DNA from: an uncultured Methanosarcinales archaeon
GTDB lineage: Archaea > Nanobdellota > Nanobdellia > Woesearchaeales > JACJVV01
Reading direction: 5' to 3'
Assembly: GCA_964581515.1 (NCBI GenBank)
Contig: CAZOOV010000007.1
Span: 12,698-76,697, forward strand
Length of the DNA stretch: 64,000 nucleotides
A program made the translations under genes and the position numbers. Below the pieces are notes generated by a model. It saw only the letters and a program-made list of their open reading frames with translations, was not told the DNA's origin and did no database searches. Positions 11,009-20,789 of this stretch are shown here, piece after piece; the stretch's first letter is position 1, and each line of letters begins with the position of its first letter.

Positions 11009-11836
11009 TTAATCGTCCTTGTAATCCTTCAATTCATCATATCTGAAGACTGCACCGTCAAGACAGGTATATCTTCCATGGATCATGCATCTTCCGCATT
11101 TACCCATTCCGCAATACATCAATCTTTCTGCGCTGATATAGATGTCTTCTTCTTCAAATCCTTTATTCAACAGTATCTCTGCAGTCTTCTCGATCATAAT
11201 CGGTGGACCACAGATGAAAACAACTGTATCATCATTATCATTTATTATCTCTTGTACTTTTTGTGTTACAAATCCTTCTGTCCCATCATAGCATACAGTT
11301 GATTTACTCTCTACTTTGTCAAATGTGATATGCATATTGAATTTTTCTTTCCATATATCCATCTTTTTCCTGAATAATGTATCTTCTGGAGTCCGAAATC
11401 CGAAGAATAAGTATATATCTTTGAAATCTTCTCTGTGTTTTTCAAGAAATTCTACACTTCCTTTAAGTGGAGCGACTCCGCATCCACCACCAATAATGAC
11501 TATATTCTTGCCTTTGAATCTTGCCATTGGATAAGATGTGCCATATGGTCCTCTTACAAGAAGTTCATCTCCTTCTTTTAGGATACCTAGTTTATTTGTT
11601 ACATTTCCTACTTCTCTAATATTGAGTTCTATTGACTTATCATCATATGAGCAGATGGAGATTGGAGCTTCACCTATGCCTGGAAGTGAGCAAAAAACGA
11701 ATTGTCCTGGTTCGTGTTTTAATTTCCAGTCTAGTTTTATCGTGAATGAATCAGCAGTCTCTCTAACATATTCCTTAATTTTTACAGGAATTGGCTTGTA
11801 GGGTGACTTGCTGATAATTGTTTCTTTTGTTGTCAT
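11009..11836 (-). CDS. hydG: Sulfhydrogenase gamma subunit (FAD/NAD(P)-binding, 2Fe-2S)
   Basis: Ferredoxin-NADP reductase-like fold motifs (GPYG, IIGGGCGVAP) and C-terminal CGMGKCGRC 2Fe-2S motif. Operon position. Confidence 0.65.
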   Translation of the reverse strand: MTTKETIISKSPYKPIPVKIKEYVRETADSFTIKLDWKLKHEPGQFVFCSLPGIGEAPISICSYDDKSIELNIREVGNVTNKLGILKEGDELLVRGPYGTSYPMARFKGKNIVIIGGGCGVAPLKGSVEFLEKHREDFKDIYLFFGFRTPEDTLFRKKMDIWKEKFNMHITFDKVESKSTVCYDGTEGFVTQKVQEIINDNDDTVVFICGPPIMIEKTAEILLNKGFEEEDIYISAERLMYCGMGKCGRCMIHGRYTCLDGAVFRYDELKDYKDD

Positions 11837-11892
11837 TTTGTTGTATTTATTTTGTTTGCTTTATTTGTATATTGGATATTAAATAATTGTTA

Positions 11893-12879
11893 TTACATCT
11901 TATTGATTATGTCATCGACCCAGTCAATCCTTGCAGGGCATCCTTCTATACATCTTCCGCACCCTGTACAGAATACTATATCATGCCTGTCTTTGAAATA
12001 TTGTATCTGATGATATATCCTATGCTTAAATCTTGCAAGTTTATTATCTCTGAATATGTGATCTCCAGCAACCCTTGTAAAATGTTTCAATTGACAACTT
12101 GCAGGTTTTCTTATTCTCTCTCCTGTCTTAAGGTCAAAGTTAATATCATCTTCTATAGTGAAACAATGGCAGTTAGGACATAAGAAATTGCACGCACCGC
12201 ATGCAAGGCACTTGTCTGCACCTTTTTCCCAATCTTTACTATCATATTTATCTTTAATGTCTGTTGTCTTTAGTTTTTTCTTGTTTTTTATAATTTTATC
12301 AGCATCTGTTATTGCATTCTCTGTCTCATCGAAGAATTCTTGGAAGTTGCTAATGAATTTCTGCCCTTTTTCTGAGCCTACTTCAATGCCATAAGTGTTG
12401 TCTTTTTCATAAAACATCAGATCAAAAAAGTCTTTTAGTTCGAATGAATTACAGAAACAATAATCATCACCAGATTTGCAATGATAACCTATTAATATTG
12501 AAGCGTCTCTTCTTGCTTTGTAATAAGGATCAACTTGAGTCTTTTCATCCAGGAAGACTATATCTTGATGATATATGCCATTGAGATCGCATCTTCTAAC
12601 TCCAAAGAAGACTCTTGTCTTAAGTGAAATCTTTGCATCAATAATCTTATTTCCATCAAATTTGAAAAGTACCTCTTTAGGATCAAAAAAGAAGGATTTT
12701 ACTGGGTGATATGTCTTTTTTTTGACAGAAATCTCCTCTGCAGAGTTTATTTTCTTGAAAAAGCTCTTGCTTACCAGTTTTTCTTTTTTAGCCTCGACAG
12801 GAGCTATAACATCATTATTATCCATAACTTTAGATATAAAATCGTTAAATTTGCTCTTTTGGAGTAAATATTGTCTCAT
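11893..12879 (-). CDS. hydB: Sulfhydrogenase beta subunit (4Fe-4S)
   Basis: CLACGACNFLCPNCHC and CTGCGRCIEGCP ferredoxin-type motifs. First gene of the hydBGDA order. Confidence 0.7.
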   Translation of the reverse strand: MRQYLLQKSKFNDFISKVMDNNDVIAPVEAKKEKLVSKSFFKKINSAEEISVKKKTYHPVKSFFFDPKEVLFKFDGNKIIDAKISLKTRVFFGVRRCDLNGIYHQDIVFLDEKTQVDPYYKARRDASILIGYHCKSGDDYCFCNSFELKDFFDLMFYEKDNTYGIEVGSEKGQKFISNFQEFFDETENAITDADKIIKNKKKLKTTDIKDKYDSKDWEKGADKCLACGACNFLCPNCHCFTIEDDINFDLKTGERIRKPASCQLKHFTRVAGDHIFRDNKLARFKHRIYHQIQYFKDRHDIVFCTGCGRCIEGCPARIDWVDDIINKM

Positions 12880-12976
12880 TAAATTTTATGTTGAACAGCT
12901 CGTTTTTAAATATTTCGATAGCTGTGTGTAGCAATGTGTACCAGGATTTTTAAAGTTTAATCGATTCTTGTGATAA

Positions 12977-14056
12977 ATGCATAAGTCAGCAAAACCATTG
13001 ACAAAACTGCAAGAGTGGTGGATTGAGAAAAGACATTCTGATGAACTTGATTTAGTAGTTAAAGGATTAAATCAATCTTTTTTATGGGTAGTCACTACAA
13101 ATGTTTGTCAAGACAGTTGTGGTCATTGTTATGAAGAAACAGTCAAACCAAGTTCAGCAGATGCAAAATATATAGATCCAAATGTTGTTGTAAAGGCGGT
13201 AGAATTATTTCAGCCCCACAAAAGAAAGAATTTTGATTTTGAGCATAATCACGATGTTCAATTGACTGGAGGAGACGCTTTATCTCATCCTGGCATAGTT
13301 GAGATTGTAAGAGGAATAAAGAATATTGATGAAGATATCACCATCCACATAAGAACCAGTGGTTACCCATTGATTGGACATAAGAATGATGCAACAATAA
13401 AGGAATTAAAGGGGTTATTAACTAATACTGGTAATATAGGTGGTTCTGATGCAATCTCTCTACCTGAAAACCAAGATACATACCATGGACTTAGTGTTGA
13501 TTTACGATTAAAGCTGGCAAGAAAACTTAGAAATATAGGATTTAGAGGTTGTTATATCACACCTGATTCTGTATTAGATATCTTTGGCAGCAGTGATAAG
13601 GGATGGAAACCAAAAGCAATCGGAAGAGCAACGCAACTCGCTTCATCAGAAGTCTGTGAGCAAAGCTATGGATGCTGTAAAGTACACAAGATAGGTCAAG
13701 ATATATTAAGACAGGATGCTGTTAAGATTATTGAGGAGGGACTCCCTTTCTACGAGCATATGGGCAAATATCCAATGGCTCCTGCCAGGGAAGTTTGTTT
13801 AAGTTTGGATTATGGTGGTAATTTTAGATATTGCAATTATGCAAAACACAGTAGATTATTGCATTTTGATGATATTTGTGGGATGAATAAAGATGAAGCA
13901 ATACATAAGCTTGCATTGCAATATTTCAGGGTGAAACATCTACCTGATGATATGGGTGCTTTTTTTAAGAAGTATGATCCTAAGAATGAAGTTCCTGGAC
14001 CAGATAATTGTGCAAGATGTGTGCAAATAGTTAATAGTTTATTTTCTTCTAATTAA
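12977..14056 (+). CDS. Radical SAM domain protein, unknown function
   Basis: CQDSCGHC (Cx3Cx2C) plus TGGDALSHP (GGEP-like SAM motif). Divergent from hydB. Confidence 0.55.
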   Translation: MHKSAKPLTKLQEWWIEKRHSDELDLVVKGLNQSFLWVVTTNVCQDSCGHCYEETVKPSSADAKYIDPNVVVKAVELFQPHKRKNFDFEHNHDVQLTGGDALSHPGIVEIVRGIKNIDEDITIHIRTSGYPLIGHKNDATIKELKGLLTNTGNIGGSDAISLPENQDTYHGLSVDLRLKLARKLRNIGFRGCYITPDSVLDIFGSSDKGWKPKAIGRATQLASSEVCEQSYGCCKVHKIGQDILRQDAVKIIEEGLPFYEHMGKYPMAPAREVCLSLDYGGNFRYCNYAKHSRLLHFDDICGMNKDEAIHKLALQYFRVKHLPDDMGAFFKKYDPKNEVPGPDNCARCVQIVNSLFSSN

Positions 14057-14131
14057 ATTTATTTTATAATTAAAACTATATTATATTCTAATTAGATAAA
14101 CTTTATATATTTAATAGGATTTGATGTTTTT

Positions 14132-15064
14132 ATGAAAAACGCAAAAGATTTGAGGAACAAAGGACTTTTACTTGTTTTGATGACTGCACTGATATCAGGC
14201 GTATCTATATTTATCAATAGATTTGGTGTTAAAGGCATTGATTCTACTGTTTTTGTATTTATGAAAAATCTTATAGTATCTATCTTCATATTTGGATTGA
14301 TACTTGGTATAACTCAGCTTAAAAGTTTGAAAGAATTATCTAAAAAGCAGTGGGGGAGCCTCATTGTCGTCGGACTTGTTGGTGGTTCTATCCCTTTTGT
14401 ATTATTTTTTAAGGGTTTGCAGATGAGTAACGGACCTATTGGAAGCCTAATACATAAGACTATGTTCATATTTGTAGCTATTCTTGCAGTATTATTCCTT
14501 AAAGAGAAATTAAGTAAGAAAATATTGATTCCAGCAGTATTGTTGCTTGTTGGAAATTTTTTAATGCTCTATAAAGGAACTCTTGAATTAAGTTTCGGTG
14601 CAGGTATGATCCTTGTCGCTACATTATTCTGGAGTGTTGAGAATGTAATATCAAAGAAACTTCTTGCAACAATAGATGCAAAGATACTAGCATTTGGAAG
14701 ATTATTCTTTGGAAGCATATTCATATCTATATACATGGCATTTACAGGCAAATTTGCACTTATGTCTAGCGTTAGTGTTTCTCAAATAGCATGGATATTG
14801 ATTACAGCAGCATTCTTAGCAGGATATGTATTGACCTGGTACAGCGGACTTAAACATGTAAAAGCGACAACAGCAACTTCAATATTATTGCTGGGAAGCC
14901 CTATAACAACATTACTTGGTTACACTTTCTCAGGAACTGCTGTAAGTGTAGTACAGTTCTTAGGGATGGTTTCTATCTTTGCTGGTGTTGGACTTATGAT
15001 ATATCTTATAGAAAAACAGTCTGAGAAAGTGAATAAGAATCATTTAACAACTTCTATAGCATAG
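14132..15064 (+). CDS. EamA/DMT-family transporter
   Basis: About 10 predicted TM helices in two repeated halves, typical EamA architecture. Confidence 0.55.
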   Translation: MKNAKDLRNKGLLLVLMTALISGVSIFINRFGVKGIDSTVFVFMKNLIVSIFIFGLILGITQLKSLKELSKKQWGSLIVVGLVGGSIPFVLFFKGLQMSNGPIGSLIHKTMFIFVAILAVLFLKEKLSKKILIPAVLLLVGNFLMLYKGTLELSFGAGMILVATLFWSVENVISKKLLATIDAKILAFGRLFFGSIFISIYMAFTGKFALMSSVSVSQIAWILITAAFLAGYVLTWYSGLKHVKATTATSILLLGSPITTLLGYTFSGTAVSVVQFLGMVSIFAGVGLMIYLIEKQSEKVNKNHLTTSIA

Positions 15065-15528
15065 CCATAATGTACTGTTACTTTGTCGCCTACTTTTACA
15101 TCTGGTACAAATTCACTGAATACATTTCTTTTCTTTATGGTTCCATCTTTTTTCTCATATTCTATTGATAGGAATCGATCTTTTTTTCCAGTCACATCAG
15201 CAATATGGACCATGCAGATATCTTTGAATGTAGGCGGAGCAATTGCATATATGCCATGACCATTCTCTATGAATTCATTGTGGTACTTTAGAAAATAATC
15301 CCTCATAAGCTCAGGGTCCCATCGGTCTTTATGGAGTTTTTTTGCAATTATATCAATATTTGGAAATGCTTTTGTAAATACTTTCTCTAATCTTTTACGC
15401 GAAATTGGTTTATTGTGTATTGCAATGTCTTCTAAGTCTTGTAGTTCATCTTCAGTTATCTCTTTTCTTTGCAGTTTTATGTACGTACAAGGAAATGCAT
15501 ATCTTAAAAAATAATTCTCGATTTTCAT
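15040..15528 (-). CDS. HypC-domain protein with ~100-aa N-terminal extension (atypical HypC paralogue)
   Basis: C-terminal ~60 aa (ICMVHIADVTGKK...VPDVKVGDKVTVHYGYAIEVV) aligns with the adjacent bona fide HypC (MCMAIPGKVVDIK...NPDIKVGDYVVVQNKLIL). The otherwise N-terminal Cys is internal here. Confidence 0.4.
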   Translation of the reverse strand: MKIENYFLRYAFPCTYIKLQRKEITEDELQDLEDIAIHNKPISRKRLEKVFTKAFPNIDIIAKKLHKDRWDPELMRDYFLKYHNEFIENGHGIYAIAPPTFKDICMVHIADVTGKKDRFLSIEYEKKDGTIKKRNVFSEFVPDVKVGDKVTVHYGYAIEVVK

Positions 15529-15585
15529 TTTTAATATTTATTCTTATTTTTAATGGTTATTTTTAATCTTCTTCTTAATTTATTT

Positions 15586-15816
15586 TTATTCCTTATTTTC
15601 TATTTCGTGCTTGAATACTTCTTCCCATTGTTTTATTGCTTCTAGTGCTTCTTTTTCAGGAACTGTTTGGAGAATAAGCTTGTTTTGTACAACTACATAA
15701 TCACCCACTTTGATGTCGGGATTCATTATTGTGACTTCTCTTTTTTCACTTCCGTAGTCTACTGTAGCTATACTTTCTTTTATATCTACAACTTTGCCAG
15801 GAATTGCCATGCACAT
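15586..15816 (-). CDS. hypC: Hydrogenase maturation factor HypC
   Basis: 76 aa, N-terminal MCMAIPGKV (MC[LM]AIP signature), small beta-barrel size. Confidence 0.8.
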   Translation of the reverse strand: MCMAIPGKVVDIKESIATVDYGSEKREVTIMNPDIKVGDYVVVQNKLILQTVPEKEALEAIKQWEEVFKHEIENKE

Positions 15817-15847
15817 TTTTTAGAGTGTTTTTTCGTCTCTTGTTGAT

Positions 15848-16171
15848 CTATTCTACATCAACTGATTTCAGGATCACTTTGTCTCCTTCAATTACTGTTG
15901 GAGTGACTCCACATGTTGGACATTGAAAAATTACAACATCATGTTGTCTTTCAACTACTTTTGGTTCTCCTTCATAGCCACATGCGTCGCATTTGACTTT
16001 TGCTGGTGTCTCTGTCATCTCAAAATCAAAGTCAGCTGCATTTTTCATCTGCATCTCTAAATCTTTTTTTGTGATGTTTGCTATCTGTCCTATTTCTATG
16101 TAGGCTTTCTTGACTTTTCCTTGTTCCTTCGCTTTTGATATTATCTCAGCTGCTATATGTATTCCATGCAT
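15848..16171 (-). CDS. hypA: Hydrogenase nickel-incorporation protein HypA
   Basis: 107 aa, N-terminal MHG(I)H Ni site, zinc finger CDACG...CPTCG. Confidence 0.8.
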   Translation of the reverse strand: MHGIHIAAEIISKAKEQGKVKKAYIEIGQIANITKKDLEMQMKNAADFDFEMTETPAKVKCDACGYEGEPKVVERQHDVVIFQCPTCGVTPTVIEGDKVILKSVDVE

Positions 16172-16302
16172 TGTGAATGTAGGAAGAATGAGCTTGTTTT
16201 TATTGTTTTTGATTTTTGATTATTTTGATTGGATTTTATTCTCGAACATTTTAAATAAGATTATTGTAAAAAATAATAAATAATTGCATGAGGTGCATAA
16301 TT

Positions 16303-16479
16303 ATGGCTAAAAAGAAAGACAATGATTATGATAAGAAATTAAGCGGAGTATTAATACCAGGGTGTTTGCTTGTAGGGATAGGCGTGGGCTTCATTACAGG
16401 CCAGATTCCAGCAGGAACATTGATTGGTCTTGGTGTTGGATTCATAGCCATGTATATAGTATCTGTAAAGAAAAAGTAG
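16303..16479 (+). CDS. Small two-TM Gly-rich membrane protein
   Basis: MAKKKDNDYDKK followed by GCLLVGIGVGFITG and LIGLGVGFIAMYIV. Start chosen at second ATG of the ORF. Confidence 0.3.
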   Translation: MAKKKDNDYDKKLSGVLIPGCLLVGIGVGFITGQIPAGTLIGLGVGFIAMYIVSVKKK

Positions 16480-16540
16480 TATATATTAAATAATAATGAT
16501 TAAGTTAGTATTGAGTAGATTATAATAAAAAGAATAACAA

Positions 16541-16999
16541 TTATAATACTTTTACGCCTTTTTTTGCAGAGTAATATAGTCTATATCCATTTTTTCTACA
16601 TAATTTTCTTATTCTTGGTTTTATTAAAGAACATGCAACAATAGTATCTAAATGCCAACCTTGGGCTATATAGTCTGCTCTTTCAAGGAGTTCCCTTGCA
16701 TAACCCTTCCCTTGGTATTTTGGCTCTATTCCAATCCCTAGTAAAGATAATACTGTTTCCATGCGATATTCTGGTTCTCTTATCTTGCCATGAGGAACTA
16801 CTTCTCTGCATCTCATGACATCCATGAAACCTACTTCTCCAGTCATGCAATTAGGTTCAGAACTAGCTGGTGGAGTGAAAATAGTACGCTGTGTTGAAGG
16901 TATTAAGTCACCTAAAGCGACTCTATAGATAAAACTACCTTGGATATTGACATTCAAGTAAAATTCGTTTATCTTTGGCGGCATGGCTGTTAAGAACAA
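16541..16999 (-). CDS. GNAT-family N-acetyltransferase (putative)
   Basis: About 150 aa with Q/R-x-x-G-x-G/A-like motif (YQGKGYARELLE). Confidence 0.45.
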   Translation of the reverse strand: MFLTAMPPKINEFYLNVNIQGSFIYRVALGDLIPSTQRTIFTPPASSEPNCMTGEVGFMDVMRCREVVPHGKIREPEYRMETVLSLLGIGIEPKYQGKGYARELLERADYIAQGWHLDTIVACSLIKPRIRKLCRKNGYRLYYSAKKGVKVL

Positions 17000-17139
17000 G
17001 CTTATTAATATAAATATACTTATTTAACGTTATTTTGTGCTTACTTAGCGATGATAATATCACAAATGTTTATAAAATAAAAAAGAATCTCTTCTATTAT
17101 AGTTTATTATAGATTATAACTTATTAGGGGGACGATAAT

Positions 17140-17442
17140 ATGGGTTTTGGTAAAGAGATGGGATCATTTGCAAGGGAAAATCCTTGGATTACTTATATGA
17201 TAATAGGTGCAGCAGTAGCAGGAGGCGTAGCTATTTTTTCAAAAGATGGTGAATCTTCTGATGATAAAGCAGCAACTCAACCAGTGCCGCTAGTTCAAAG
17301 AGCTGACGTAGGTTTTGGTCCAGGAAAAGAGTCATATGTTGAAGTTGGTGGTATAAAATACTTCTCAGAAGTCAATGGTGTTGAACTGGAAACAAGAAAA
17401 GACCTTGGCGATATGTTGAGACAGACATATGTAAGAGAATAA
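17140..17442 (+). CDS. Small membrane-anchored hypothetical protein
   Basis: N-terminal TM helix (WITYMIIGAAVAGGVAIF), 100 aa. Confidence 0.35.
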   Translation: MGFGKEMGSFARENPWITYMIIGAAVAGGVAIFSKDGESSDDKAATQPVPLVQRADVGFGPGKESYVEVGGIKYFSEVNGVELETRKDLGDMLRQTYVRE

Positions 17443-17631
17443 AGCTTTATTTTTTTATTATTGTTAATTATGTTCTTTTCTTTATTTCTATTGTTTTTCA
17501 TTACCTTACCCATAAGCTTTATAAATGGACCTAGATTTCATGGAGTTGGTATCTAATCATATTGAACAAGCGTAGGACTTGGATATGCTGTTCATCAAAT
17601 CAACTGAATTAAATTCATAGGAGGGTCAATA

Positions 17632-18480
17632 ATGCCACCAAAATCAAAATCAAAATCAGCAGATATGAAGGTAAGAAAGAAAAGATGGGTGAAGATAATC
17701 TCACCAACATTTCGAGATCAAGAACTAGGTGAAACATGTGTTTTTGATTTAAATAATGCACTTGGTAAGCCAATCAAGGCAAACTTAATGAATCTCTTGG
17801 GTGATCCAAGAAAACAAAATATTGATGTTCTATTCGAGACTGATAAACTTAAAGGAGAAACAGCTGTTTTAGCATCCATTAAAGGATATAAAGTACAGCA
17901 ACCTTCATTAAAGAAGCTTGTCAGAAGAGGAAAAACAAAGATTGAGGATTCTTTCAAATGCCATACTGGTGATAAGAAACCAATTATTGTCAAGACATTC
18001 ATAATCACAAGAAATATCGTTAATAAATCAGTAGCAAGCAAGATAAGAGGCTTTGTGAAAAATTTAGCAGTCAATAAGATTGCAAAGATGACTTTTGAAG
18101 ACTTTGTTAAAGGAGTTGTTGAGTCAAGAGTACAAAGAGAAGTAAAATCTGCTGCTGAAAAGATATATCCTATCAGAATTGTTGAATTCAGTACAATAAA
18201 AATCTTTAAAGGAGCTAAAGGTGCTTTTGAAAAACCATCAAAGGTTGAAGAGGCAACAGACAGTAAAAGCAAACCTGCTAAAAGTGATAAAGAAAAAACA
18301 ACAGAAACAACTAAAGACGACAAGAAAGAAGAGAAGAAATCAGAAAAGCAAGAGAAAACAGCAGAACCTGAAGAAGCAGTAGTAGAGGAAAAAGAAGAAA
18401 AAGCTGAAGTTAAACCTGAGACTGAATCTGAAGAAGCTCCTGCTGAGGAAAAAAAGCAAGAAAAAGCTGATAAAGAGTAA
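17632..18480 (+). CDS. rps3ae: 30S ribosomal protein S3Ae (eS1) with long K/E-rich C-terminal tail
   Basis: KKRWVKIISPTFRDQELGETCV matches the eS1/S3Ae N-terminal consensus. About 190-aa conserved core then ~90-aa KEEKK/EEA low-complexity tail. Confidence 0.8.
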   Translation: MPPKSKSKSADMKVRKKRWVKIISPTFRDQELGETCVFDLNNALGKPIKANLMNLLGDPRKQNIDVLFETDKLKGETAVLASIKGYKVQQPSLKKLVRRGKTKIEDSFKCHTGDKKPIIVKTFIITRNIVNKSVASKIRGFVKNLAVNKIAKMTFEDFVKGVVESRVQREVKSAAEKIYPIRIVEFSTIKIFKGAKGAFEKPSKVEEATDSKSKPAKSDKEKTTETTKDDKKEEKKSEKQEKTAEPEEAVVEEKEEKAEVKPETESEEAPAEEKKQEKADKE

Positions 18481-18662
18481 TTATCCTTTTTTATTTATCT
18501 TTCTTTAATATTTTCTTATTATTTTATACAGTTCTTATTTTTATATTATTTCTTCATAATCTAAATTCTTTTTATAGTATATTTAATTATATCTTCTTAG
18601 CTAAATTGTTTATCATGTGCAGAATGACAAGATTTAAATATAACTTCTCTTGATTTTTTATT

Positions 18663-19313
18663 ATGACAAGATTAAAGAAAAATATTCATCTCTTGAATAA
18701 GAAATGGACTGAAACAAAAGTTGATGATGAGATTACAAGAGGACTTGATCTTCTAAATAAGGTTGATTGTAAGATTGTAACAATACTAGGTTCTCATATT
18801 AGTGGGCCAAAGACTAAAGAATACAAGCATTGTGTTGATCTATGTAGTAAATTATCAAAGAAAGGATATGCTATCGTGACTGGGGGTGGTCCCGGTATAA
18901 TGGAAGCTGCAAACAAGGCAGCAGCAATGTCCGGAGGTCCTTCTGTTGGTATTAGAGCTGGTTTAATTAAGAATGAAAAAGTTGAGGGGTCCCCTTATAC
19001 TCATCTAGAATCATTTGACTTTCTGTTTGTCAGAAGATTCATATTATCAGTCAAGAGTGATGCATTAATATTTTATCCTGGTGCTTATGGTACATTTAAT
19101 GAGCTTTTTGAATATGTTGTCCTTGTGGCTACTGGTCTTGTAGATAAAGTACCATTAATATGTGTTGGAAAAACTTTTTGGCAAGGGCTATTTGATTGGA
19201 TGAAGAAACAGCCTGTGAAAAAAGGGATGTTTCCACATGGTGCAAAAGATCTTAAGATGATTCATGTAGTAGATAATGTTACTGAGATAGTTAAGATTAT
19301 AGAAGGAAAGTGA
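18663..19313 (+). CDS. LOG-family (TIGR00730) nucleotide phosphoribohydrolase-like protein
   Basis: TGGGPGIMEAANKAA and PGAYGTFNELFE motifs (PGGxGTxxE). Confidence 0.7.
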   Translation: MTRLKKNIHLLNKKWTETKVDDEITRGLDLLNKVDCKIVTILGSHISGPKTKEYKHCVDLCSKLSKKGYAIVTGGGPGIMEAANKAAAMSGGPSVGIRAGLIKNEKVEGSPYTHLESFDFLFVRRFILSVKSDALIFYPGAYGTFNELFEYVVLVATGLVDKVPLICVGKTFWQGLFDWMKKQPVKKGMFPHGAKDLKMIHVVDNVTEIVKIIEGK

Positions 19314-19345
19314 TTGTTTATTCTTGAGAAGCAAGTAATTAAAAA

Positions 19346-20185
19346 TTAATTATTTATTCTTTTAAGCAAATCTAATACATATTCTAAAGATGCATCGCCC
19401 ATCAATACGACATCATAAGCATTTGTATATTGTTCTATCATCAAAGGATCATCGTGATTTAAGAATCCAATCTTTATTATGCAATCATGTTCCATACCAT
19501 CTGCCATATTTAGGTCACCCATAGAATCTCCTAGAAGAATAACGTTCTTACGATTTTTGATCTCATCATGATATGGTGTTCCTTTTATGCTAATCTCATT
19601 CTTATTGAAAACATGTATTGCTCTTGATTTATATCCTATTACACTGCCTTCTTCATTGAAATTATAAAAGTTAGAGATTATATGGACATTCTTTGTTAGT
19701 TTACCTAGTGTCCTAAGATATTCATCTATAACATCACCTAGTCCTGCTGAGAAGATAAGGAAAGGCAGTTCATTATCCTTTATGAAGTCAATCATCTCAA
19801 ATAGAGAGTCTCTAGGATGAAAATCACCTTTGCGTGCAATTTCCATCAGAATGTCCTTGCTTAATTTGACCTCAACCATTAGTTCCATATGCTTATTCCA
19901 CCATTCTTCCATCTTCTTAATCTTTTCTTTAATAGGAATCGTAGGGTCTTTTTCAATAGGATAATATATGTCAAATAATTCATATGCTTTCTTTTTGTAC
20001 TCATCAGTGAGATATCCTCCATCTCTAATCTGAGCGAATGAAGAAACAGTCTTTCTGTCTTCTGTGTAAGCTTTTGTCAGAGTTTGATCGAAGTCCGCAA
20101 TAATATGAAGATTTCTTAGTCCGTCCTCTTTAAGCTTAGAAATTTTCTTCTTGAACTCTTCCTCATCTCTTATTTTTATCTCCAT
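19346..20185 (-). CDS. HAD-superfamily 5'-nucleotidase (cytosolic pyrimidine 5'-nucleotidase-like)
   Basis: IIADFDQTLTK (DFDxT motif I), later GDSMGD motif. Confidence 0.5.
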   Translation of the reverse strand: MEIKIRDEEEFKKKISKLKEDGLRNLHIIADFDQTLTKAYTEDRKTVSSFAQIRDGGYLTDEYKKKAYELFDIYYPIEKDPTIPIKEKIKKMEEWWNKHMELMVEVKLSKDILMEIARKGDFHPRDSLFEMIDFIKDNELPFLIFSAGLGDVIDEYLRTLGKLTKNVHIISNFYNFNEEGSVIGYKSRAIHVFNKNEISIKGTPYHDEIKNRKNVILLGDSMGDLNMADGMEHDCIIKIGFLNHDDPLMIEQYTNAYDVVLMGDASLEYVLDLLKRINN

Positions 20186-20199
20186 ATGCTCTGTGAGAA

Positions 20200-20775
20200 T
20201 TGATTTATTTAAAAAGTTTTACTGAAGGTAAGCATATGTGCTATGCAAAAGAAATACTTTTAAATGGGCAGGAAAAAGATAATGTTAACAATGAAAATAA
20301 CATTCATAACCACCGTGGAACAATAGATAAGGCTTACGCCAAACATAAGGGTACATATAACTTTGATATTATGGATCCTTCTGTGGCTTTTGTTATGAAG
20401 AACATCAGGCCTAATTTTGAATATGAAATCATTTCTGTACTAAAAAAAGATAGCTTAGATATGGATGAAAAAGATAGGAAACTTGTATTTGATGCATGTA
20501 ATGATGTGAGTAATGATAAAATAATTGTAACGCATGGTACAGATACGATGATTGATACAGCTAAAGAATTAAGCAAGATAAAAGATAAAATAATAATTTT
20601 AGTTGGTGCGTCTCAACCAGAACGGTTCAAGGAAACAGATGCTGATTTTAATATAGGCATGGCAGTTGCAGCAGTAAATATATTATCAGAAGGTGTATTT
20701 GTTGCAATGAACGGTAGAGTTTATCCCTGGGATAAATGTGAAAAAGAAGATTCTGGGCATTTTGTTGAGAAGTGA
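20200..20775 (+). CDS. Asparaginase/glutaminase N-terminal-domain-like protein
   Basis: HGTDTM motif and HRGTID region. Only ~190 aa, so a single domain. Start may be the ATG at 20236. Confidence 0.35.
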   Translation: MIYLKSFTEGKHMCYAKEILLNGQEKDNVNNENNIHNHRGTIDKAYAKHKGTYNFDIMDPSVAFVMKNIRPNFEYEIISVLKKDSLDMDEKDRKLVFDACNDVSNDKIIVTHGTDTMIDTAKELSKIKDKIIILVGASQPERFKETDADFNIGMAVAAVNILSEGVFVAMNGRVYPWDKCEKEDSGHFVEK

Positions 20776-20789
20776 ATTATTTAGAAATA

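Noticed and set aside
20200-20775. Calling this gene a full L-asparaginase
   Set aside because: Only the N-terminal-domain motif (HGTDTM) and ~190 aa are present, with no C-terminal domain. It is kept as 'asparaginase-like domain protein' at low confidence.
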